Source of the DNA: Octopus sinensis
Lineage: Eukaryota
Direction of reading: 5' to 3'
Length of the DNA stretch: 64,000 bases
NCBI RefSeq assembly: GCF_006345805.1
Contig: NC_043004.1
Coordinates: 69,874,001 to 69,938,000 of the forward strand
Shown piece after piece: positions 25,176 through 38,010 of the stretch. Below the pieces are notes generated by a model that searched no databases, had not been told where the DNA came from, and worked only from the letters and a program-made list of their open reading frames with translations. A program made the translations under genes and the position numbers. Position 1 is the first letter of the stretch. Every line of letters starts with the position of its first letter.

Positions 25176-25889
25176 ACTATGCCGGGCTCTAACATCTGTA
25201 GAAGGAAGCGTCGCAGAAATATCATTTGGTTTGTCTCTCACTTTCTCTCTTAACATAAAAACGTCTGTGGGTAGGATATTCCTTAAGTTAATAGATAAAC
25301 ATTTCACACATTCACATAGGTATGGATGCATTTTCGACAGTCACAACTTTAGCATCTCTTTTAGCTATACCCCCAATATTAAGAGCATTCTAGTTAACAG
25401 CCATAGGCCATGAAGAGAGGCAAAGTGCTCATGCACTCATGCAGGAACCACAACAGATGCCCAGTGAGAGGCCACTGTGAAACCAAGGGAGTCATCTATG
25501 AAGGTGAGGTACTGGCTAACTCTAATAGCAGCAGCAGCTTCCCCAACGACTACTGCTGTAGCAGGGTCAACAGTACCAATAGTAGCATTAGTAGAGACAG
25601 GAACAGAACTAGCAGCAGCACCATCGCCTACAATAACAACATCAAAGACAGCAATGGCAGTATCCCCAATGAAAATAGTGGCAGAGCCATCACCAATGAC
25701 ATCTATAATAGCACCTCCATCAAAGATGATGACCACAACAACAACAGCACCATTATCAACACCAGCAGTAACAGTACTAACACCATCACCACCTCCAATG
25801 ACATGAACACCAGCAGCAGCACCAGTACCAACAAAAGAGGTAGCACCACTAACACTGGCAGCACAGATATACATTGGTTGCTCTGGTAA

Positions 25890-26250
25890 TATCAAGAGCA
25901 GGCAGAGTTATAGACACATCAGAGATGAAATACCACTAAGCATTTTGCCCGGCGTACTAACGTTTCTTATTTCTTTACTGCCCACAAGGGGCTGGCTACA
26001 CACAGAGGGGACAAACAAGGACAGACAAATGGATTAAGTCGACTATATCGACCCCAGTGTGTAACTGGTACTTATTTAATTGACCCCGAAAGTATGAAAG
26101 GCAAAGTCGACCTCGGCAGAATTTGAACTCAGAACGTAGCGGCAGACGTAATACCTATTTCTTTACTACCCACAAGGGGCTAAACACAGAGGACAAACAA
26201 GGACAGACAAACGGATTAAGTTGATTATATCGACCCCAGTGCGTAACTGG
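25890..26250 (-). mobile_element. Tandem partial SINE family B copies inserted into the Penelope endonuclease
   Basis: B body with a subfamily tail CCCACAAGGGGCT..GGACAAACAAGGACAGAC present twice. It splits ...GCSGN from TFKQ... Confidence 0.8.
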
Positions 26251-26716
26251 TACACATTCAAGCAATGCCTTTCCAACCACAGATCCTCCTTCAGGATATT
26301 GGAAAGGAGATACATTACGTCATTAGCCAAACATGCATGGCAGCTGAATGATGATAGGATTCCACACAATATCCTTGAGAATCCTAGAAGACCCCCTACA
26401 TAAATGGGACCAAGCATTGTAAACTGTGCATAGCAGAATGGGCAAGGATACAAAAGGACTCCCTTGACCCCAGGAAACATCCTTAACTCCAGAACAGAGG
26501 TCTTTGAACTGTAATTGCATTTCAGGAAATTCCTGCTGACTTATTGGAACCCACAAGATAACAGGATCAGTTACAATCACTCGCCAAAGGGCGACAATCA
26601 TCTGTTGTTGACATTTTGGGATACAATCCCCTGTTGTTGACATTGAGTAGCAAGGTCCTTTCGTCCTCCATTTTCTAGAGAAGCCGCTCGCTAGAGAGGC
26701 CATAAGCCAACAGGTT

Positions 26717-26764
26717 GAGATCTGATGGTAAGTGCTTTATGGGCATAAAACCCAGGGTAATCCC
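26717..26764 (+). ncRNA. Decayed hammerhead-like motif downstream of the Penelope ORF
   Basis: GAGAU-CUGAUG(GUAA)-GUGC-UUUAUGG-GCAU-AAAA-CCC-A-GGG-UA-AUCCC. Stems I-III are recognisable; core changes are partly consistent with CpG decay. Confidence 0.5.
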
Positions 26765-26874
26765 ATAAACTGGTCTTATCTAACTTTATTTATATGATAT
26801 ACTGCTCTATAACTTAGAGTGTACTTCTTTTCCAGATTCATGTATTTATATATTTCAGATATTCTCTTTCTCTT

Positions 26875-27237
26875 TCCTCTTTTACTTGTTTCAGTCATTT
26901 GACTGCGGCCATGCTGGAGCACCACCTTTAGTTGAGCAAATCGACCCCGGGACTTATTCTTTGTAAGCCCAGTACTTATTCTATCGGTCTCTTTTGCTGA
27001 ACCGCTTAGTGTCGGGGATGTAAACACACCAGCATCGGTTGTCAAGCAATGCTAGGGGGACAAACACACACACACAAACACACACACACACACAAATACA
27101 TATATACATATATATACATATGTATGACAGGCCTCTTTCAGTTTCCGTCTACCAAATCCACTCACACATGCAGTGGGACTGAACCCGGAACCATGTGGTT
27201 GGTAAGCAAGCTACTTACCACACAGCCACTCCTGTGC
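26875..27237 (-). mobile_element. SINE family A (internally deleted)
   Basis: Reverse-complement match to the A copies. Confidence 0.9.
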
Positions 27238-27260
27238 CTATATATATATATATATATATA

Positions 27261-27298
27261 TCTTTCTGTTGAAGAGCGTAGGCTCGAAACGTTAAAGA
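27261..27298 (+). ncRNA. Minimal type I hammerhead-like motif (A6 to U change)
   Basis: UCUUU-CUGUUGA-A-GAGC-GUAG-GCUC-GAAAC-GUU-AAAGA. Perfect 5-bp stem I, 4-bp stem II, ACGU palindrome. Lies in a ~140-bp island flanked by (TA)n. Confidence 0.65.
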
Positions 27299-27449
27299 CT
27301 TGTTTTATTTATATTTCCTGAGCGCCATACTAATACAATTGTTCGTTTGTTTTCCACCTGCCTTCGTCTTTTGTTTATTTTCATAAAGCTTCCCGTTATA
27401 TATATATATATATATGTATATATTTCGTTTTTGAATTTGGTTTGCAAGA

Positions 27450-27730
27450 TTCTTTATATGCACAATCACTCCATTAACTGTAGAAAACGGGATCCCAAGG
27501 CTTTCTGTGATTTTACGCTGACTATATCCGTCTTCAGAATGACCCACAATACGGCCTCTTTGAAATTCAGACAGTTCCAAGGCTTCTTTTGTACATGGCA
27601 TGATTAAACAGTCTCATATAGAAACTGAAACATAAAAATGTCAATTCATAAGAAATATAAACCTTTACAAGTTAGAATAAACAGTAAACGATGTTTTATG
27701 TGGAGTCTATTTACTTCTAACATGTGTATG
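27450..27730 (-). mobile_element. Tc1 transposase N-terminal (HTH) fragment
   Basis: [46 protein letters not shown]. Confidence 0.75.
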
Positions 27731-27827
27731 TACATATATATATATATCTTAGCATGCTGCTGTTGAGGCTAATGATGATGATATAAATATATGCATGTAT
27801 GTATATGTAAAAAAAAATATATATAAT

Positions 27828-28242
27828 GGCACAGGAGTGGCTGTGTGGTAAGTAGCTTGCTTACCAACCACATGGTTCTGGGTTCAGTCCCACTGCGTGG
27901 CACCTTGGGCAAGTGTCTTCTGCTATAGCCTCGGGCCGACCAATGCCTTGTGAGTGGATTTGGTAGACGGAAACTGAAAGAAGCCTGTCGGATATATGTA
28001 TATACATATATATGTATGTGTGTGTGTATGTTTGTGTGTCTGAGTTTGTCCCCCTAGCATTGCTTGACAACCGATGCTGGTGTGTTTATGTCCCCGTCAC
28101 TTAGCGGTTCGGCAAAAAGAGACCGATAGAATAAGTACTGGGCTATCAAAGAATAAGTCTCGGGGTCGATTTGCTCGACTAAAAGGCGGTGCTCCAGCAT
28201 GGCCACAGTCAAATGACTGAAACAAGTAAAAGAGTAAAGAGT
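27828..28242 (+). mobile_element. SINE family A, full length
   Basis: GGCACAGGAGTGGCTG head through to the AAGTAAAAGAG tail. Confidence 0.92.
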
Positions 28243-28427
28243 AATGTGTCGCTTCCAATTCCTTCCCCAGATTCCATTTGCAAGGCATTCGTTGGCCCAA
28301 TATCATAGCAGAAGACATACTTGGCCAAAGTGCCATGCAACAAAATAGAACACAAAACCACAAAGCCACAGACTGAACTCTGATGTGTCTAAAACTCTAC
28401 CTGCTCTTAATATTAAATACGTAAAGA

Positions 28428-28479
<52 letters not shown>

Positions 28480-28770
28480 GTTTTGAATTGAAAATGAAAT
28501 GAGGTTTTGTTTGTTTACTTCTCAAATATATCAAAACATTGAAAATGTAGTAGAAAACTCATAAAGGTCATTGTTTCCTATTGATAACTATGTTTAAACC
28601 TATTGAATATAGAGGTAAATATTTAATCATTTTACTGTCATTTAAATAAGTCATATTTCTAAATATATAAAATATATAAATACAATTTTTTTTTCCAAGA
28701 TATATAAATACCCTTTGTTTTTAAAATACATTCTAAATTTATGACTCATGCAGAATTGATGCAATAATAT

Positions 28771-28828
<58 letters not shown>

Positions 28829-28849
28829 GTTGTTGTTGTTGTTGTTGTT

Positions 28850-29760
28850 ATTCAAGGAAGCTGAAAAATAGAAGAAAGAAGCCATAATACCTGACAACTA
28901 TGAAGGAAAAGAAGAAACAACAAAAGCTGTAAAGCAACTAAAAATCCAAGCTAAAACTGGAACAACATAATATCATGGTAAAACGATAGCAAGAAAGCCT
29001 TTACATGGCAAATACTAGGATGTGCTAAATAGAAAAGAAATAGACAAAGAAAAATCCCAACAATGGTTGAGAAGCTCAGGACTCAAAGCAGAGACTGAGG
29101 ATTTTTAATTGCAGCACAAGATCAAAGCCTTTCCATTATAAATCACCAAAAATATATAATGAAGGAAAATACAATCAGTTACTGCAGAATATGTGGTAAT
29201 GGGGATGAAAAATTAATTTCTTTGGCTGCCCAGTCCTGGCTAAGAAGAAATATGTCTACAGACATGACAGAATTGGAATTTATATACACTGGAAGCTATG
29301 CTAGCACAATGGAATGACAACAGAAAAAAATGGTACAGGCATGTTTAAGAAAGGTTTCTCAGAAATTGACAAAGCAACTATATGCTCAGTTATGTCAATA
29401 TGCACAGGTAGAGAGATCAAGGTTAATAGCCAGATATTATCATCGGGATCAACAAGATCATATCAGTCCCAACAGATGACAATGTATCTCTAAAAGAAAC
29501 AGAGAAACTTTCAAAATACAAAGATCTTGAAATAGAGGTAACCTAAATGTGGAACCCCAAAACAGAAATAATACCTATTATAAAAGGTGCATTAGGTACG
29601 ATTAAATTACATACAGACAGACACATAACAAAAACACCAGGACTTATAAGTATATATAACATACAGAAAATAGCACTGCTAGGCACTGCACACTTTACAT
29701 GTAAAGCACTTTCAATACAGTAGAAATAATAACAGCAAAACAAACCACAGCTCATATATA
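28850..29760 (+). mobile_element. R4/Dong-clade non-LTR retrotransposon 3' end (zinc knuckle plus restriction-like endonuclease)
   Basis: KPLHGKY, SQQWLRSSGLKAETE.FLIAAQDQSL, CRICG, GCPVLAKK.YVYRHDRIG, EKLSKYKDLEIEV, KGALG, IQKIALLGTAH. Lies next to (TAA)n(GTT)n. Confidence 0.88.
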
Positions 29761-29799
29761 CATAAGGCAAACTCAGTGGTGTAGTGGAAGCACATGATA

Positions 29800-30355
29800 A
29801 AAATAGGGGCAGGACAAGTGAGGCCATAATCCCGTGGCCTACACCTGCGATGTAGCCAGCCCACCTATGCATTCCTTTCCTTCTTGGGACACAAGACTCC
29901 ACTCGTGAAGACCTGTTGAGGCAAGTGAAGATCAAAATCAAAATCGTAATCTATCAACATCAATGGAATTTGTAGCTGTGATACCAGTGCTGGTGGCACG
30001 TAAGAGAACCATCCAAACGTGGCTGTAGCCAGCGCCGCCTGACTGGCCTCTGTGCCGGTGGCACGTATAAAGTACCATCTGACCATGGCCGTTGCCAGCT
30101 TCGTCTGGTCCCCGTGCCGGTGGCACGTAAAAAGCACCATCCGATCGTAGCCGTCTGCCAGCCCCGTCTGGCACGTAAAAAGCACCCACTACACTCACGG
30201 AGTGGTTGGCGTTAGGAAGGGCATCCAGCTGTAGAAACACTGCCAGATCAGACTGGGCCTGGTGCAGCCTTCTGGCTTCCCAGACCCCAGTTGAACCGTC
30301 CAACCCATGCTAGCATGGAAAGCGGACGTTAAATGATGATGATGATGATGATGAA
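29800..30355 (+). mobile_element. Repeat family C, long copy
   Basis: Same body and (GAT)n tail as 9640-9990. Confidence 0.85.
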
Positions 30356-30926
30356 TAATAACAACAACAATAATAATAAATAAAAAAATATAAATAAGTA
30401 AGAAATAAAGTAAGCACACAGCAAATATAATAACCATGGATAAAAATTAAGCTAGTTTTTATAACGATTGAAGAATGTATTATTTGTATTTAAGATTTTT
30501 AATTTTCAAAATCACATTTTGTGCATAGAATATATCTTCCTCACCACAAAAGGAAAAAAAAAAGAGAAATTAAATATCTTTGGTGTGACCCTGCCAACCA
30601 TGTGGGTTTGGGTTCGGTCTCCCTGCACAGTACCTTGGACAAATTTCTTCTTCTATAATCCCAAGTTGACAAAAGCCCTGTGAAAGGATTTGGTAGACAG
30701 AAACTGAAAGAAGCCTATTGTATACATACCACCACCACCACCACTACTACCACCGCTGCCACCACCACCACCGCCACCACCACCACCACCACCACCATGC
30801 TGGCATGGGTTGGATGGCTTGACAGGATCTGGTAAGCCAGAGGACTGTACCAAGCTCTACTACCTACTTTTGCATGGTTTCCACACCTGGATGACCTTCC
30901 TAATGCCATATATGTATATATATATA

Positions 30927-30983
<57 letters not shown>

Positions 30984-30989
30984 ATATAT

Positions 30990-31029
<40 letters not shown>

Positions 31030-32317
31030 GTGCATCTTTGTGTTAATATGTTAATGATACATTTGTTCTCCAACACTGCTTGACAACTGGCATTGGTTTG
31101 TTTATGTCCCCATAACTAAGTGGTTTGATAAAAGACTCTGATAAAATAAGTATCAATCTTAAATATAAGTACTGGGGCTGATCTATTCAGCTAATCCCTT
31201 CAAGACAGTGCCCCAGCATGGCAGCAATCAAATGACTGAACCGAGCAAAAAATGGAAGATGAAAAATAAAAAGCTATCCCTCCATTGTAAGACCCTTTTT
31301 TGCTTAAAGTTGGTTGTGTTCAAATATTTTTGACTTGTTTTAAAACTGTATAAAAAGAAAAAGCAAAAATAGGAACCAATGAAATAGACAGCTAATGTTC
31401 ACAATGAAACTATTTAAACTGTGTCACTAGTTGTTCTATAGTATTTTTACAAGTTAGGATGAATGAGAATTATGTCCATTGAAATGGCATCTGGGTATGA
31501 CAGCCATTGCTTATTAACATGAAATATCTGGAAAATTTGTTTGGCACAATGGACGTGAAGTGAATTTCACAATGTCAGCACAATAAAACAATGTCACAAT
31601 ACAATATGTAAATTAATCATTGATCATTTCTCACAGAGATTAGTATTGACATTTCAAAGGCCAGTGACATAATAATGGGTCTTTTTCCCACCCAATGTCA
31701 TATGAGCTATTGTTTATAGTTGCAATTACATTTGAGATACTTCATAAAAGAAACTTATATATATTTGAATGCTTCTACTTATTTTTGAATGCTTCAAACT
31801 TTGAATGCTTATAATAGTACTGGACTTCTGATCTGGCTTCCAGAAATCCAGGAATACTGTGCAATGTCATGCAATATGCATGAACTGAATAAACAGACCC
31901 CGAGTGAAGGTGTTAGAGTATTCAGCTTACGATCATGAGGTCATGAGTTCAATTCCTGGCAAGACACTTTATTTCTTGCTGCTGCTCCAGTCCACTCAGC
32001 TGTAATTCAAAGGGACCTGCCCTGTCACATTCTGTGTCACCCTGAATCTCCCTGGGAACTACATTAAGGGTACACGTATCTGTGGAGTACTCAACCACTT
32101 GCTTGTTTATTTCATGAGCAGGTTTTTCTATTGATTGAATTCACTGGAACAATCATCATCATAACCAATGAGGTGTCAGGAAACAGTTCTTATTTTTGAA
32201 GTTGGTTAATTTGCATTTGATGTGTTAAAAATAGTTTTGTTCTTTACTGTTTTAAACGGATTAATAAAGATTAAACGTGCTCTACTTTAGAATTGTATTA
32301 ATTTGTATACTCTCTCT

Positions 32318-32720
32318 CTTTTACTCTTTTACTTGTTTCAGTCATTTGACTGCGGCCATGCTGGAGCACCGCCTTTAGTCAGTCAAATCGACCCCGGGAT
32401 TTATTCTTTGTAAGCCCAGTACTTATTCTATCGGTTTGTTTTGCCGAACCGCTAAGTGATGGGGACGTAAACACACCAGCATCGGTTGTCAAGCAATGCT
32501 AGGGGGACAAACACAGACACACAAACATATACATACACATACATATATATACATATATACGACAGGCTCCTTTCAGTTTCCGTCTACCAAATCCACTCAC
32601 AAGGCATTGGTCGGCCCGGGGCTATAGCAGAAGACACTTGCCCAAGATGTCACGCAGTGGGACTGAACCCGGAACCATGTGGCTGGTTAGCAAGCTACTT
32701 ACCACACAGCCACTCCTGCG
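32318..32720 (-). mobile_element. SINE family A, full length
   Basis: Reverse-complement match. Confidence 0.92.
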
Positions 32721-32947
32721 CTTATCTGTATCTATTTTTTAAAATAACTGTCTTTACTCTTCTTTGTTCAATTTTCTTCCTAAGATGAACACTGTATTGT
32801 ACACATGGTACAGTATGATACATTTTAAGGATTTTAAGTGGATTAATAAATATCAAATAGACTCTGCTTTAGAAATGTATTAATTTGAATCAGTAAAATC
32901 TAATTTAGCTCTTTACTTTTTGTAGTTGATTTTTTATTTTAAATATA

Positions 32948-33118
32948 TAGGCACAAGAGTGGCTGTGTGGTAAGTAGCTTGCTTACCAACCACATGGTTC
33001 TGGGTTCAGTCTCACTCCGTGGCACCTTATGCAAGTGTCTTCTACTCGGGCCGACCAAAGCCTTGTGAGTGGATTTAGTAGACGGAAACTGAAAGAAGCC
33101 CATCCTATATATTATATG

Positions 33119-33149
<31 letters not shown>

Positions 33150-33350
33150 TTGTGTGTCTGTGTTTGTCCTCCCAACATCACTTGACAACCAATGCTGGTG
33201 TGTTTACATCCCCATAATTTAGCGGTTCGGCAAAAGAGACCAATAGAATAAGTACTGGGCTTACAAAGAATAAGTCTAGGGATCGATTTGCTCGACTAAA
33301 GGCAGTGCTCCAGCATGGCCGCAGTCAAATGACTGATACAAGTAAAAGAG
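32948..33350 (+). mobile_element. SINE family A, full length
   Basis: Direct match; inverted relative to 32318-32720. Confidence 0.92.
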
Positions 33351-33704
33351 TATATATTTAGGCTATCTCTGGAAAACTGGAAAATTCAGAAATCCAGGAA
33401 ACTTCTGGTCTAAGCTTACTGGATAATTGATTTGGTTCTGCAAAAGCAAATTTCCTTTTTCTCACTTGTAAGATTAAAGCATCTCATTTGGATAGTTCAA
33501 AACCAGAGAGTTGGTTGGGTGGAATGGTATCATCACTGTCGAGGATACAGCAGTTGCATGGTTTCAGTTCCACACGTGGCTGTTCACTTTTTCTGACCAA
33601 ACGTTTTTTACCCTATTTCTTGTAAGCAATTATTTATAGCTACATTTTCATTTGAGACACCTCATATAAAAAAACATTTTCATATTTTTTCCATCTATCA
33701 TCAT

Positions 33705-34170
33705 CATCATCATCGTTTAACGTCCGTTTTCCATGCTAGCACGGGTTGGAGGGTTCGACCGGGGTCTGGGAAGCCAGGGCTGCACCAGGCTCCAGTCTGA
33801 TCTGGCAGTGTTTCTACAGCTGGATGCCCTTCCTAACACCAACCACTCCGCGAGTGTAGTGGGTGCTTTATACGTGCCACCTGCACAGGTGCCAGGGGGG
33901 TCCGGCATCAGCCACGATCGGTTGGTGCTTTTAACGTGCCACCGGCACGGAAGCCAGCCAAGGCGGCGCTGGCATCGGCCACGTTCGGATGGTGCATTTT
34001 ATGTGTCACCTGCACAGAAGCCAGTTGAGGCGGCGCTGGCAACGGCCACGTTCGGATGGTGCTTTTTATGTGCCACCAACACAGGTATCACAACTACTAT
34101 TTCCATTGATATTTGTTTCGATGTTCGTGTACATGCACTTGACTCAACAGGTCTCCTCAAGCACAGCGAG
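33705..34170 (-). mobile_element. Repeat family C
   Basis: (CAT)n-CGTTTAACGTCCGTTTTCCATGCTAGC... Confidence 0.85.
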
Positions 34171-34184
34171 ACGTTTCATACTTA

Positions 34185-34859
34185 ATATATACACAGACTA
34201 TCAATTGGCCAGTTACTTCAGAATTTGTCCTGAAGTAATGTCTCTTATGGACTGCTGTGGTAAAAACAATAGATATCAGAGAGACCTGACAGTTCATTCC
34301 AACAGTGGCCAGCAAAAGTGTCAGATGCAATTTGGACTTTTCAGGTCTTTACAGTGGCATATATACTCACAGTCAGCCATGCGCTTGGACAAGAATTTGT
34401 CATCCTTAATATTGGAAAAAAGTGATTAAAACATTCACTGATGTTGCAAAGGGCTGCTTGGCTGAATAAAAAATCTAGTACACTAGCATACATGCAACTG
34501 AAGCAGTACTTAATTAAAACAGTCACTTATGTATCATATTGAATGTATACACACCATCAACAGGCCAATTACTGCAGTATTTGTATTGAGACAACATGTT
34601 ATGAAATTGCTGTGCTAAAAAGCACAATAAATATTAGAGAAAGAGAGAGATAAAAACCTGTCCCAACAGTGGCCAGCAAGAACACCAGATGCAATTTTGC
34701 CTTTTTTGGCTCTTTTCAATGGTACATACTCACAATTTAGTCACATGCACAGATGAGAGTTTGTCATCTCTGATATAGAAAAAAGTGAATAATTCACCAG
34801 AGTTGTGAATATCAGGACAAATACTGCTGTAACTGGTCAATTGAGAGTGTGTATACATT
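34185..34859. mobile_element. Two diverged tandem copies of a ~320-360-bp MITE-like unit
   Basis: Copy 2 (34542-34859) has 48-bp TIRs matching 39/48. The copies share blocks such as CCAACAGTGGCCAGCAA, CAGATGCAATTT and GAAAAAAGTGA. Confidence 0.6.
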
Positions 34860-34867
34860 AAATATAC

Positions 34868-35272
34868 TCTCTTTTACTCTTTTACTTGTTTCAGTCATTT
34901 GACTGTGGCCATGCTGGAGCACCACCTTTTAGTCGAGTAAATCGACCCCAGGACTTATTCTTTGTAAGCCTAGTACTTATTCTATCGGTCTCTTTTGCCG
35001 AACCGCTAAGTCACGGGAATGTAAACACACCAGCATTGGTTGTCAAGTGATGTTGGGAGGACAAACACAAACACACAAACACTCACACACATATATATAT
35101 ACATATATACGACGGGCTTCTTTCAGTTTCCGTCTACCAAATCCACTCACAAGGCTTTGGTCGGCCCGAGGCTATAGTAGAAGACACTTACCCAAGGTGC
35201 CACGCAGTAGGAATGAACCCGGAACCATGTGGTTGGTAAGCAAGCTACTTACCACACAGCCACTCCTACGCC
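34868..35272 (-). mobile_element. SINE family A, full length
   Basis: Reverse-complement match. Confidence 0.92.
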
Positions 35273-35409
35273 TATGATACACAGATTGCTATTTTATTAA
35301 CTGATTTGTTCCATTGCATGAAAGTCTTGGCTCTTGAGTAACTCTGTATACTCACACATGTATGCATAAGATACACATGTATGCACACATACATGCATAA
35401 GATAAGGTA

Positions 35410-35652
35410 AAGTTATGTTCTCGAGTCATACTGATTCATAAGGGCTGGTTTCCCATTTCATGGCATATATATTCCCTCACGTGGATGGGATGCCAGTCCA
35501 TCGTGGTGTTACTCATTTTTGCCAGCTGAGTGGACTGGAGCAACGTGAAATGAAGTGTTTGGCTCAAGAACACAACATGTTGCCCAGTCCAGGAATTGAA
35601 ACCACAATCTTACAATCATGAGTCCAACAACATAACCACTAAGCCATGCACC
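35410..35652 (-). mobile_element. SINE family D
   Basis: Reverse strand begins GAGGTGCATGGCTTAGTGGTT. Confidence 0.85.
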
Positions 35653-36109
35653 TCAACACACTCACACTCACACACACAATATGTGTGTATAATAGAAGAA
35701 ATTTAAGACAAAACGTGGGAGTCCAAGTTGGAGCGTAGCTTCATATTCATTGTATAAACAAAAGGCAAAAGGATAAAAATAAATTACTGATATTTAGATA
35801 CAAAAGTGGTTGTGTAACATTTCACTTGAGATTGCATTTGGGTAAATATGGTAGGCTGACAGTTTTTAAAAAATATCTGATGAAAAATTCATTTTATATA
35901 TTAAAAATTATAGTGTCAGTTTTTTATTCTCTTACTCTTTCTGTTAAAAGACTGTGGTCATGCTGGAGCACTGCCTTAAAGAAACTGAGCCAAGACTACT
36001 TTTTTAAATGTCTGGTACTTATTCTATCGTAATTCTAATTAAAAACTTATTCATTAAATAAGTGCCAGGTTTAAGAATTTATAAGTATTGGGGTCAATTC
36101 ATTCGATTA

Positions 36110-36380
36110 AAACGGTGACCCCAAAGCTCAACTGGTACTTATTTTATTGACCCAACAAGGATCTTTTCTACTCTAGGCACAAGGCCCAAAATTTTTGGGG
36201 AGGAGGCCAGTTGATTAGATCAACCCCAGTATGCAACTGTTACTTAATCTATTGGCCCCAAAAGGATGAAAGGTAAAGTCAACCTTGGTGGAACGTGAAC
36301 TCAGAACCTAAAGATGGATGAAATGTTACGAAGCATTTTGTCTGATGAGCTAATGATTCTGCCAGCTCACTGCCTTACAA
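36110..36380 (-). mobile_element. SINE family B
   Basis: Reverse-complement match. Confidence 0.8.
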
Positions 36381-36395
36381 AATAAAGGATAATAA

Positions 36396-36542
36396 CAGGA
36401 GTGGCTGTGTGGTAAGTAGCTTGCTTACCAACCACATGGTTCTGGGTTCAGTCCCACTGCATGGCACCTTGGGCAAGTGTCTTCTACTATAGCCAAAGCC
36501 TTGTGAGTGGATTTGGTAGACGGAAACTGAATAAAGCCCGTC

Positions 36543-36591
<49 letters not shown>

Positions 36592-36760
36592 GTGTGTGTG
36601 TGTGTGCATATTTATATCCCTGTAACTTAGCGGTTTGGCAAAAGAGACCAATAGAATAAGTACTAGGCTTACAAAGAATAAGTCCTGGGGTTGATTTGCT
36701 CAACTAAAGGCGGTGCTCCAGCATGGCTGCAGTCAAATGACTGAAACAAGTAAAAGAGTA
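36396..36760 (+). mobile_element. SINE family A
   Basis: Direct match with small internal deletions. Confidence 0.9.
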
Positions 36761-37344
36761 GAGTAATTATACATTCTACCCAGTTGTCTTTTTAAAATTT
36801 TGAACACAGCCCTTGGACTACCAATACTATCTTTGTAGACCCTGGTCACACACTATGTCAAGCTGATTCTACCCAGGAACTATGTTTCCAGACAACTACT
36901 GGCTAGTTTAATTGATTGAACGATTAGTTACTCCTGGCTTGAATCTCTGAGAGATCCTTTCATGTCAGTGGTTCTTGACTGGAATTTGCATGACCCTTAG
37001 GGGTCCAAATAAGGATTTTGTTGCTAAAATTTATGTGCAATAATTGGTTACGCTTCTAAAATAAGTGCATGTGTGGCTGTGTGGTAAGAAGCTTGCTTCA
37101 GAACCACATGGTTCCAGGTTCAGTCCTACTGCATAGCACCTTGGGCAAGTATCTTCTGACTAAAGCCTTGTGAGTGGGATTTGGTAGACGGAAACTGAAA
37201 AACGGCCATCGTATATAACACCTGGATCAGCCAGGCTGTCTGGTGCCAAGTCGGCTCCACTGGCCACAACATTGCTCCATTCCCCTCATGTTCTTGCCAT
37301 TGTTCTCCATGTTATTCCAAACCGTTTTCTTAAAATGCATGAAG

Positions 37345-37389
<45 letters not shown>

Positions 37390-37445
37390 GAAATATCAAA
37401 ATAACTAAGTCTCTCTAAAAGAGAACAGCGGCAGCGTTCCCGGAA

Positions 37446-37657
37446 AATAATAGTTATCGCCATACTAATATGGCATTCTTATAAAAATAAGAAAAAAGCT
37501 GTCCGCTTATTAGCTCCATGAGGATATCGCCTTAAGTTATATGGATACAGTTTGTGTATCAAATAGCTAACTTAAGGCGATGGCCTCATGGAGCTAATAA
37601 GCGGACAGCTTTTTTCTTATTTTTATAAGAATGCCATATTAGTATGGCGATAACTAT

Positions 37658-37661
<4 letters not shown>
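37446..37661. mobile_element. Near-perfect fold-back element (MITE-like)
   Basis: 94-bp arms identical at 92/94 positions around a 28-bp spacer. Confidence 0.85.
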
Positions 37662-37706
<45 letters not shown>

Positions 37707-38010
37707 TATATATGTATGTATATATGTATGTATGTGTGTATCTTTGTGTCAGTGTTTGTCCCCCACTACCGCTTGACAATCTGTGTTGGTGTAACCTAGC
37801 AATTCAGCAAAAAAAACCAAAAAAACCAATAGAATAAGTACTAGGCTTAAAAATAAGTTCTGGGGTTGATTTGTTTGACTAAAACCCTTCAAGGCGGTGC
37901 CCCAGCATAGCCACAGTCAAATGACTGAAACAAGTAAAAGATAAAAGATAATACATGAAATATTTTAACTATTTTCTAATACAATTCTTAATAATATTTA
38001 ATTATTAAAA

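Larger units (their letters stand above)
25200..26770 (+). mobile_element. Penelope-like retroelement 3' part (RT thumb/linker plus GIY-YIG endonuclease), disrupted
   Basis: RKRRRNIIW / FSLNIKTSVGRIFLKLIDKHF...SFSYTPNIKSI / SCRNHNRCPVRGHCETKGVIY ... IYIGCSGN [SINE] TFKQCLSNHRSSF...TSLAKHAWQL / YINGTKHCKLCIAE...LNSRTEV...RKFLL. Confidence 0.9.
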
